A DNA stretch of 60,313 nt, the filler included, from Basidiobolus ranarum (Eukaryota): assembly GCA_040143965.1 (NCBI GenBank). It is 10 parts of 10 records of this genome, joined end to end, with 100 filler letters (N's around TTAATTAATTAA, not from the genome) between each part and the next. Parts side by side here need not be neighbours in the genome. Positions count along the whole stretch, not along the records: positions 48,364 to 54,290 come from JASJQH010008338.1; positions 54,391 to 60,313 come from JASJQH010008339.1; 8 more parts are not named here. One strand, written 5' to 3'. Of the stretch, positions 51,336 to 60,313 are shown piece by piece. The notes beneath the pieces are model-generated. The model did not search any database. It saw nothing but the letters and a program-made list of their open reading frames with translations, and was not told the origin of the DNA. The position numbers and the translations under genes are program-made. The number at the start of each line of letters is the position of its first letter. Position 1 is the first letter of the stretch.

Positions 51336-52205
51336 CCGCACCCAAATCAGCAGATGTTTGTGACATCAATACATGCACAATCTCTTTTCCAATGTGCAGA
51401 TTTTTTTACAAGTATGGCATTGACCTAGTCTCCTACTTGTATGTGTTGAAATTAGCATAGCCTAAACATCTATATAGTCATATATAGCTTAGTATTTAGT
51501 TATTCCATATTTCACCAAGATATCACTCTTTATTCTCAAGCGGAACTTACTTAGAAGTTTGAAGATATACAAGTTTTTCAAGCTAGTCCTAGAAGCCCCA
51601 AACTTTGCACATATGCTTCTGGGACCTTCCTTAACACGTTCTATACGTTTGCTTGTTTACCTCTTGACAAAACCATAAATGACAACTTTCTATTCGATAA
51701 TTCAATAAGTGAAAAGCACCAGTTCTTCTAGTTCTTCAAACAACTTCCAACAAACTCCCAAAATACTTTGACATTATTGATGTAAGTGTATGATTAATAG
51801 GATCTTTAGTCCTTGATGAATTTCATGTGTTAGGTTGAGGTAGATAGGTGGAGGAGAGTGAAAAGTCTTATTGGTATAACGCACTATAGAAGTTGAATCA
51901 TCAATTGAGTGTACATCTAGTTTTGTAAATATAGTAGATTCTATCCCAAATAAAAATGGCAAATTGATTTCTTAGTAGTATTATCAATGAGTCTGTCACT
52001 CTGTAATGCTCAGCACATTAATATTCCAACCTCATTTTGGACTTATGACCAAATTAGACAAGCTATCGGGAGGGTCATTTATATATATATGGATACAATC
52101 ATACAAAGATTTCCAAAAGTCTATCATAGCAAAATTAGAAAGTATTTAAAGGATATATTTTCTAGTGAGGATAATAAGAACTGTCTAATGCTGAACGTAT
52201 TGTAA
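51330..52205 (+). pseudogene. Decayed DExH SF2 helicase (poxvirus D6/D11 or pGKL2 ORF4-like), split by a solo LTR
   Basis: PHPNQQMFV (Q-motif-like), LVLDEFH (51806-51826), NKNGKLI, SSIINESVTL, HINIPTSFWTYDQIRQAIGRVI (motif VI, ~52059). Confidence 0.72.
51444..51773 (+). repeat. Solo LTR family B
   Basis: TGTTGAAATTAG...ctttgaCA; homologous to 45000-45316; no clean TSD. Confidence 0.85.
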
Positions 52206-52758
52206 AGAGCTTACGGGTAGCTTACGGGTAATGATAGTATATATATATTAGAGGTCTGTATGAGTCAGAGATATTTCAGTCTTAGCTAAATTAGCGTATG
52301 TTGTCAACTTCACTGAAAATCTAGCTATGATAAGAAAAGTCATCTGGAATCGTATTATCATTGGACCGTAGTAGACTGTCCTGTATATCTTAATGACCAA
52401 AAACGTGGCTTAACTCTGATAGAGCAGCAATTGCTGGAAAGGAAACAGGTAAGGCAAGAGGAGAGACGGAGTCACGAACTTTCCATAACCATGCGATTGC
52501 ACCAGAAAAGGCGAAAGTAAGAAATGAGGAAGACAACGTACGGAATGTGGAGCAAGCCGCCGATCGTCAATGTGACAACGCATGTGAAGAATGATTTTTG
52601 CGTAGGATTTGGTGATGCAGAAAGGGGAAGTTAGAATGCAAATAGAGATGTTGAAAGTGCTCAGAGTAAGTCAAATCTGTAGATATCTAGGAAGCGTTGA
52701 CTCTCTCGTGAACGAGATGAACGAACTCTTATCTTTCGGAGCAAGAACACGAGTCTCC

Positions 52759-53463
52759 TCACGCCTCAAAATGGGTCCCAACATGCCACTCTACAGCTCT
52801 CTCATCTCCCTCAAACAACCCACAAACCGGGCAAGTAAGAGCCTTCTCCTCCTTCTTAGCTTCGGATCTCAGAATCTCAGATCTAGGTAACTCATCCCTC
52901 GTCCTCTCTCCACTCTTTCCACCTCTAGACTTCCCCTTCTTCTCTGAAAACCGGCCTTCCTTTACAAACACAGATAAATCATACTCCCGCTTCGGCTCAG
53001 CCTCTTGTGCTAAATTCGCATACTCGTTATCACGTTTCCCCCGTTTACCCATTCCAAACCTTCTGTTCGACGTCCTACCCTCTCTATTATCGTTATAACA
53101 CGCGTCGTGTTGTGTAGAGGAACCACCTTCCCCAGTGGTAGATGATAATAAAGATTTTTCGACTAAATCTGACGAAATAACGGCTTGAACTCGGCCTACT
53201 CGACCGTCGCGTAGGCGAACTTTAACACCACGTGGGTGGTCTCCGCGAGTGAGGATTTCATTTACGTACCCGGTTACTTGGCGGCCGCTTCTTTGGTCTT
53301 GTTTTAGGATTATTGAGACTGGTGTCATGGGGCGGATTTGGGATATTGGTGGGACGGAATGGTAGTTCGGCATGGCTGTTGCAATGTTGTGTCGACTCTT
53401 GTTGAAAAGTATTCTTGAATCGAAAGGAAAAATTCTACCTACCAAAAAACGTGGTAGATTCAT
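52759..53463 (-). CDS. DUF2196/YwbE-domain protein with C-terminal UBZ-like zinc finger
   Basis: VSIILKQDQRSG...G.V.EILT..DHPRGVKVRLRDGRVGRVQ; CPVC...HVGTH. Confidence 0.85.
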   Translation of the reverse strand: MNLPRFLVGRIFPFDSRILFNKSRHNIATAMPNYHSVPPISQIRPMTPVSIILKQDQRSGRQVTGYVNEILTRGDHPRGVKVRLRDGRVGRVQAVISSDLVEKSLLSSTTGEGGSSTQHDACYNDNREGRTSNRRFGMGKRGKRDNEYANLAQEAEPKREYDLSVFVKEGRFSEKKGKSRGGKSGERTRDELPRSEILRSEAKKEEKALTCPVCGLFEGDERAVEWHVGTHFEA

Positions 53464-53999
53464 CAAGCAAGGAAGAACAAAAGTAAGAGTAGGCGAGACA
53501 AATGGCGACTATCTTATATGTATATACCACGTGTTCCAATATGACCTGAAAAAAATATCCCGAAAAACTGTCCCCCCATTAGATTGGATCACTGCAAATT
53601 TGGTAGGGATTTAGGATTTGTTCTCCATTTCAGTGAACCTGGGTGGGTCGACATTGTTGGTCACAACGTAGCTGAGGAGCTACTCTAGTCAATTGCAGTT
53701 GAGGAACTGAGAGCTTACTTTTTCACAACTTCTTCGATTTCGTCGAGACTTTGGTTGAGAACCTTCACCTTTGGGCTATATGAGAGACAGCGAAACATAC
53801 TCCAAATGGCCTCTCACTTCCTGCTTCATATTCCTCAACTAACTTCACACTTGCTTGATTTTCATTCATAAGCCTGAAAATTTAGCATTCATAGAAGATC
53901 AAGCCTAGTTGCCTCACAAGCCATCTCTCTACCTTTGATTTTCTTCAAGTTTCATATCATTACAGGGCTGCTCTGTCAATGATTCCCATTTGAAGTGTT

Positions 54000-54290
54000 T
54001 GTTGAAGTATTTGGGAGCCTGTTGGAAGTGGTTTGGAGAATTAGAGGAATTGGTGGTTTTCACTTATTTATTTATTGAGTAGAAAGTTGACTTTATAGTT
54101 TTGTCAAGATGTAAACAAACTAACGTGAAGAATGTGTTAAGGAAGGTCCCAGGAACATGTGTGCAAAGTTTGGGGCTTCTTTGAAAAATCTATATATCTG
54201 AGAACTTCTAAGTAAATTCCTTATGAGAATAATTGATAATATCTTAGTTCATTATAAGATAACTAAGTACTAAGCTATATATGACTATAT
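54000..54290 (-). repeat. LTR family B, truncated by contig end
   Basis: Reverse complement of 116-408 and 51444-51773. Confidence 0.85.
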
Positions 54291-54953
54291 NNNNNNNNNN
54301 NNNNNNNNNNNNNNNNNNNNNNNNNNNNNNNNNNTTAATTAATTAANNNNNNNNNNNNNNNNNNNNNNNNNNNNNNNNNNNNNNNNNNNNGCGGTGATGC
54401 GTGGATACTGTTTTTGCGTGTGGTCCTAATCTGGTTGCAAGTTCGATCAATATATTACACCAATATTCGGAGAGAAGGAATCTGAAAAGGATGGGAAAAT
54501 GCCCTTAGGCTGTGACTTGGCTGATCCTACCTCTTCAGCCTAGATTTTACCGCATCTTTCCCCATTTGAATTGGTAAAAAATCAAGAGAAGTACCTTGAG
54601 ATTAATGATTGTACCCTCTGAAGGGCAAATGGCCCCAAGTTGAATTTGGGTATTAATCTCACATTCAAAATTCCTCAAGGGAGTTTCGGTAATGGAAATC
54701 CGAGTGCCGACTGTTGTCAACTCCAGTCAAATACATACCTGCTAATATCGAATTCATGGATTGGCCTATGCTTGCGTGCATTGATTTAGCAGGTTTTAAA
54801 TCGGTCAGATTTATTATTCTCATTTATTAACAGATCATGCCTAGCTCTCCGAGGTACCGATCAACCGGATGACGTGGCTTGGTCAGCAAAATATATAAAT
54901 CAACACAAGTGTGTCGATCATATCAAACCATACAGATTTAACGCAACACAACA

Positions 54954-57900
54954 ATGTCAAGCAATCAATGCCCATTCAAACAGGCTGATACCAAGCAAGA
55001 ATCAGTCGAAAACACCACCGCTGGCAACGCCGAAGCTGGAATATCCAGCACAAAGAGAAAAACAATAGTGGTCGCATTCTCAGGACAAGACATAGAAAAA
55101 TCTGGAGTTGTCGTCAGGCTGCAGACTAACTGGGATCTCGATGACGTGAAGCAGGATTGTGGAGAGAAATTGAGCATCTCTGGATATAACCAGATAGAAT
55201 TCTATAATGAAGAAGGGGAAAAGATAAATTCACTTAGCCAACTTATGGATAACGATGTTGTCTATATTCCAGGGAATGATTCTTGCCACCAGGAAATTCC
55301 CACTCCTCCGACAAGTATTTTCTTTGGTACACTCCCTCAACTCCTACCGGATACTCCAGGATCTCTTAGACGGCTCTATAAAGAATACAAAACTCCTATC
55401 CTTCAAATCTACATCTTCTCAACCAAAGTGATTGCCACAAACCACCCAAGTATTGCAGAGGTGATTGCCCAAGAAAGTGAGTACTTCACCAAGAAGATGG
55501 TACTCCCATTTGCCGAGCTAAAGGCCATAGGTGGTGAAGGACTTTTTACCACAAACACAGATGAGAAAGTGTGGAAGTTAGCACACAAAATACTTATCCC
55601 TGCATTCTCTAATTCCTCCATGAAGACCTATGCAGAGGAAATGGGTCAGCTGGCTTTAAAATTATGCAACGTACTAGGAAGTTTTAAGCCAGATGAATCC
55701 TTCTTGGTAACTGATTGGATGACTAGAATTACTTTTGAAACCATCGGAATGGTAGGATTTGGATATGATTTTAAAGTGCTTGATTCTAGAGATTCCCCGC
55801 TGCATCCATTTATTGAGGCCATGTCATATTGCTTGACTGAGACGAAGAAAAGGACCAGTCGTTCTCAATATTGGAAAAAACTACCAATCTCGTCCAATCA
55901 TAAATTTGATCGAATGATGGACTTGATGAAAGACACGGTGGACGAAGTGATAACTCGACGCAAAAAAGACGCTGCACAAAACAAGACAAGCAATGATCTT
56001 CTATCATACATGCTGGAAGCCAGCGATAAATCTACTGGGGAAAAACTGACTGATAATGTCATTCGTGACGAGGTAGTGACTCTCTTAATTGCTGGCCATG
56101 AGACTACCTCAAACACACTTTCTTGGTGCTTGTATCTACTGGCCAGACATCCAGCTGTCTTGAAGAAAGTCATTCAAGAGATAGTCAACGTCGGTATCAA
56201 TGATAAAGAACCTCCGACCATTTCTCAAGTATCCAAACTCAAGTACACTAATCAAGTCTTAAAGGAAACGTTAAGAATGTATCCTCCGGTTTCGTCACTT
56301 CAGAAATATTGTATTAAGGATTGCATTCTACCACTTGGATATAAAATTGAAAAAGACACCGTAGCACAGATCAACATTTACTCTCTGCACTATAATCCAG
56401 ATTTCTGGCCTGAACCAGAAGTATTCAATCCGGATAGGTTTAGTTCTGCTGAGGAATCCAAAAGACATCCCTACGCGTGGCTACCTTTCTCCTCTGGGCC
56501 CCGCGCCTGTCTTGGTACGCAGTTTGCCTTGCAAGAGGCTAAGATCGTCTTGGCAACCATGTTGAGGAGATTCGAGTTTCATCTGATGGATAACAAACCA
56601 GTTCTTTATGCCACCAACTCTGCTGCACTGAAACCTGAAAATTTTTACATGAGGATCACTCGTAGAACTGAGCTGCCTGAATCAACTTCTGAGTCACCCT
56701 CTGATTCCTCAACCCCAAGAACTGAGCTGACCACACCATTGATCGCTAAACCCCTCTCATCAAATGTGGTACCCCCAAAGCTCACAGTTTTATTTGGAAG
56801 TAATATGGGACTTTCGGAGGAGTATGCAAACAAAATTACCAAGTACGCTATTGAACTTGGCTTTAAAGAGGTTGAAATTTCCCCACTAGATGAATGGAGT
56901 GTTTTAAAAGCTGGTAGATACGAAGAACAAGAGGTAAAGGACCCCAATGAAATTCCCATAATTCTCGTGGTTACTAGTACCTATAATGGCCTGCCACCAG
57001 ATAATGCAAAAGATTTTGACCGATTCATTAGCGTTAAAAGAGATGAATCCGACAAACCATTAAAAGGTCTTCGTTATACAGTATTTGGATGCGGAAACAA
57101 GCAATGGAGAACTTATCAGGTCTTCCCCGGAAAAGTTAACGAGGCTTTGGAGCGTTTGGGAGCTGACCAGATATTCCCTGTCGGAGCCGGTGATGCTGAT
57201 GGTGATATCGATGCTGATTTTTCAGAGTGGATTGCTAAATTGTACGCATCGTTGTTAGCTGATTTAGGCATGGAAGGCTCCGGTTTAAATCTTCTTGGTA
57301 CTACTACCTCGCAAGATCCCACTGTTGGCATTAACTTACAGTACATCACTCCTAACTGTACAAAGGAAGTTGATATTGCTAAAAGTAATATCGGTAATAT
57401 GCCTCAAGCTCAGCTAGTCGAAAATAAGGAACTCCAGGTGACTGAAAAGAGTCATCGTAGTACACGTCATCTGGAGATTGAGTTACCTGAAGGTACTAAT
57501 TATAGCGCTGGTGATCATTTAGAAATTGCTCCAGAAAATCGGGCCAGTCTGGTTGAAGAGATAGCGATGGCATTTGGCTATGCCTTGGATGCAGTCTTCG
57601 AAGTGAAAATCGATAGCTCTGTGAACAGTTCAATTAGCTCTCGTTCGCTGGCTGCAGTCATCAAAGGACCATGTACTATCCGAAATGCCCTAACTTATTA
57701 TGCAGATCTCTTGGCAGTTCCGTCTCGCCAATTCCTGGGTGTGTGTGTTTCAGTCATTTCTGAAGAATATCCAGAATTGGAAAAAAGATACTTGGAAGGA
57801 ATATGTCAAACTGGAGAGGAAGGAAATAAGATTTATGCCGAGTTCGCGAAACAGAATCGAACTTTACTTGATTTAATTCACAATTACCCTATGATCAAAA

Positions 57901-58622
57901 AACTGGATTTTCTGGCTTTCCTATGTGCCATGCCTGTGATGTCAAAACGTAGGTACTCAATCGCTAGTAGTCCACTGGTAACTAAGAATATAGCCCACAT
58001 TTGTGTGGCAGTGGTTGAAGACTCTGGGTTTGAAAACAAAATCTACCCAGGCCTTTGTTCCAGCTTCCTTGCTAATTCCCAACCCGGAGTAGCAATATGT
58101 GCTCACGTAAAACCGACAAAAGATATTTTTCATTTACCAGAAGACCCTACTATCCCTGTAATCATGGCCTGTGCAGGTACTGGGATTGCTCCTTTCCGAG
58201 GGTTCCTCCAAGAACGTCAGTGCGACGGATTGAAATCCATCCAAAAAGGAGGTAGATCCACTACCCATCTATTCTTTGGGTGTCGCTCTCCCGAACATGA
58301 TTTTATCTATCGTGATGAACTTGAAGGATTTGAAAGCGATGGCACCCTTGATAAGCTACACCTCGCGTTCTCTCGAGTCGGTGGTTCCAGGAAGTATGTC
58401 CAACATGAACTACTTGCCTCGGCCTCCTTGGTGTGGGATCTCTTACATAACCAAAAAGGGGCATTCTATGTCTGTGGATCAGCTTCTGGGATGGCTAAAG
58501 ATGTTGCCTCAACACTCATCACCATTATTCAACAAATCGGAGGTATGAACGATCAAGAAGCTAAGCAATATTTCCAAGAATTACAAGAGAATGGGAAATA
58601 CAATGAAGATGTTTGGGGTTAA
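54954..58622 (+). CDS. Self-sufficient cytochrome P450 / NADPH-P450 reductase fusion (CYP102/CYP505-like) with extra N-terminal domain
   Basis: GEGLFT, LIAGHETTS, ETLR, PDRF, PFSSGPRACLG; flavodoxin FGSNMG, VFGCGN.QW; RRYSIASS, AGTGIAPFRGF, FYVCG, DVWG; 1222 aa, intronless. Confidence 0.97.
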   Translation: MSSNQCPFKQADTKQESVENTTAGNAEAGISSTKRKTIVVAFSGQDIEKSGVVVRLQTNWDLDDVKQDCGEKLSISGYNQIEFYNEEGEKINSLSQLMDNDVVYIPGNDSCHQEIPTPPTSIFFGTLPQLLPDTPGSLRRLYKEYKTPILQIYIFSTKVIATNHPSIAEVIAQESEYFTKKMVLPFAELKAIGGEGLFTTNTDEKVWKLAHKILIPAFSNSSMKTYAEEMGQLALKLCNVLGSFKPDESFLVTDWMTRITFETIGMVGFGYDFKVLDSRDSPLHPFIEAMSYCLTETKKRTSRSQYWKKLPISSNHKFDRMMDLMKDTVDEVITRRKKDAAQNKTSNDLLSYMLEASDKSTGEKLTDNVIRDEVVTLLIAGHETTSNTLSWCLYLLARHPAVLKKVIQEIVNVGINDKEPPTISQVSKLKYTNQVLKETLRMYPPVSSLQKYCIKDCILPLGYKIEKDTVAQINIYSLHYNPDFWPEPEVFNPDRFSSAEESKRHPYAWLPFSSGPRACLGTQFALQEAKIVLATMLRRFEFHLMDNKPVLYATNSAALKPENFYMRITRRTELPESTSESPSDSSTPRTELTTPLIAKPLSSNVVPPKLTVLFGSNMGLSEEYANKITKYAIELGFKEVEISPLDEWSVLKAGRYEEQEVKDPNEIPIILVVTSTYNGLPPDNAKDFDRFISVKRDESDKPLKGLRYTVFGCGNKQWRTYQVFPGKVNEALERLGADQIFPVGAGDADGDIDADFSEWIAKLYASLLADLGMEGSGLNLLGTTTSQDPTVGINLQYITPNCTKEVDIAKSNIGNMPQAQLVENKELQVTEKSHRSTRHLEIELPEGTNYSAGDHLEIAPENRASLVEEIAMAFGYALDAVFEVKIDSSVNSSISSRSLAAVIKGPCTIRNALTYYADLLAVPSRQFLGVCVSVISEEYPELEKRYLEGICQTGEEGNKIYAEFAKQNRTLLDLIHNYPMIKKLDFLAFLCAMPVMSKRRYSIASSPLVTKNIAHICVAVVEDSGFENKIYPGLCSSFLANSQPGVAICAHVKPTKDIFHLPEDPTIPVIMACAGTGIAPFRGFLQERQCDGLKSIQKGGRSTTHLFFGCRSPEHDFIYRDELEGFESDGTLDKLHLAFSRVGGSRKYVQHELLASASLVWDLLHNQKGAFYVCGSASGMAKDVASTLITIIQQIGGMNDQEAKQYFQELQENGKYNEDVWG

Positions 58623-60066
58623 AACGACACCTCTATAAGCACAGGCGGATAGCAAATCTTATTTATCTCATGCAGTTATTATGGTTACTTTATATCAGAT
58701 TAGTTGTTTTAGTAAATGGACCAAACTTATCCATCAATTTAATCCTTGAAACGTGGAATATGTATTTATTATTTCAAGATCGAGACTGTCAACGTGGAAT
58801 ATGTTCAAGATCGAGACTGTTAATTGAGTTGGGTAGATTCGAAGTCGCTACCAAAAACTCTATTAGATTAGAAATAACTTTCCATTGGTTATCACCTTAT
58901 ATGGTATCAAGTCTGAACTCAGTTTTTCCGGCCATCAGACCATTCTTATGAATCTAACTATATTTGGTATATTTCCCCCGAAGTTCGATCATTAGTACTC
59001 TTGAGATACTTGCAAAACAATAGTGAGCTTGAAACTGATAATGGCAGAATTGCATACAAATATAAGTAACATCAGAAAAAGCTAAACCTAGCTGCGTGGA
59101 TCAAGAAATGGAAATATTATGATGTTTAGAATATCAACGCAAGTTACTACTTCAGAGAACGAGCGCCCTGACCCTGGATAATTATTTCTCTGGTAGAATT
59201 TTTGTAGTATTGAATAGTAAGTAAAATGTATGAAGTAACCAACTTCAACAGTATTGAATGTACGTTTCTCTTGTTATTGTAAGATAAATTGTGTAGCAAT
59301 CTTGGTGTGAATACATTGATCATCATACTTAAGCGGAGTTTACAATATATCCTAAGGTGTAACTTAGAGTTAGGGTAAGCTGGGAAGTATCAAAAGTTAG
59401 GGATATTATAGATTAGGGATAGCATGATAAATCTTGGTGTAGTAAGCAGGTATATTATAATTAGGACCATTCTTTTGTAGTGCACAGGTATATTACAATT
59501 CCTTCACTCTCAATTGCTAAGAACAGGCTATTATGTTTTTCATTGCCATCGAAGATATCTTGTTGGCTCTGAAGGTTGAACCAACGGTAGGGAAGTTCGC
59601 ATTGTCATCCAATAGATGAGAGTGTGAATGACCATATATGCTACCACAAGTTAGATCATTCTTTTCAAGGAATTGATAGTGATAGCCTTAACCTTGATGG
59701 CTATAATCAAGGCCAAGGATTTTAGCAATTACTCATTTAGCAATTACTCATTATCCAGTCAGAAGTAACTATAGTTCGAAATTCAGTTGATTGTTGCAAA
59801 ATGGCGATCTGACGCCCATTTTCTGATTTATTAACATCACTAAGCTTAATAAATAAAGGGTACAAGACTCCTCTCATGGCCCAGATGATGTAATCAATTT
59901 GATCAGATCTCGCTTACATCTTGGTACCACTTTTGATGACATCCGATGTTGACTCTGGGTTTCTTTGTGAAATAAACTTACAATGATATCTTTCGATTAT
60001 TTAGAAATTACTTTATTGAGCACAACTTGTTGGTGTTGTTTAAGGTGATCCCCTCTAACGTCATTT

Positions 60067-60309
60067 CTATTTGCAGTGATCATTTTGTTGGGGGAAGGTC
60101 CCGCGACATCCATCAACACATTTTCCAAGATCTACAGCTACTTCACGATAGGCATTACACTTGTAGAGATTATTTTCAGAGCACGAGTCACCGACTAGCT
60201 GGAAACCACAGAAAGTTCCTTTGCCGGTGGCTGAAAGGCAATAGCAGGCGGCATCAGCTCCAGTAATATATAAGGCGGCGATAGCAGACAAGACGATAGT
60301 GAGCTTCAT
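60067..60309 (-). CDS. Small secreted cysteine-rich protein (8 Cys)
   Basis: Signal peptide ending ADA; ~60-aa mature region with 8 cysteines. Confidence 0.85.
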   Translation of the reverse strand: MKLTIVLSAIAALYITGADAACYCLSATGKGTFCGFQLVGDSCSENNLYKCNAYREVAVDLGKCVDGCRGTFPQQNDHCK

Positions 60310-60313
60310 GGTC

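Noticed and set aside
5961-54390. Regularly spaced TTAATTAATTAA palindromes, and an apparent NRPS + P450 + velvet + reductase 'cluster'
   Set aside because: The spacers are artificial and the genes lie on separate size-sorted contigs, so adjacency has no biological meaning
55409-58548. Short ORFs overlapping or antisense to the P450 (likewise over the NRPS, TDA3 and GT34)
   Set aside because: Shadow frames of well-supported genes
59360-59420. Scattered TTAGGG hexamers
   Set aside because: Only three, non-tandem and internal; not a telomere array

Overview
This window is not one locus. It is ten unrelated ~5.9-kb contigs, in decreasing length order, joined by 100-nt N-spacers that contain TTAATTAATTAA, so no gene linkage can be inferred across spacers. 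The DNA is AT-rich fungal nuclear sequence with short GT-AG introns, a velvet gene, VPS13 and MRX11. An early-diverging lineage such as Basidiobolus is my inference, not a demonstrated assignment. About a quarter is decayed, CpG-depleted Ty1/copia DNA with three LTR families. Recognisable genes are: an aldo-keto reductase, a C2H2 protein, a velvet protein, a GT34 glycosyltransferase, a MINPP-like phosphatase (3' end), VPS13 (3' end), MRX11, TDA3 (5' end), a bacterial-type NRPS T-TE terminus, a DUF2196/YwbE protein, a self-sufficient P450-reductase fusion and two small secreted proteins. The most striking signal is largely missed by the ORF track. It is a decayed cassette at ~50.6-52.2 kb carrying collinear motifs of a compact multisubunit-type RNA polymerase, followed by a poxvirus D6/D11-like DExH helicase. 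This looks like a nuclear fossil of a pGKL2-type cytoplasmic linear plasmid or a nucleocytovirus. Other highlights are a bacterial-like ycaC pseudogene, a KHA/ubiquitin-like N-terminal domain on the P450 fusion, and an 84-aa protein with a PKI-like RRNAV motif.
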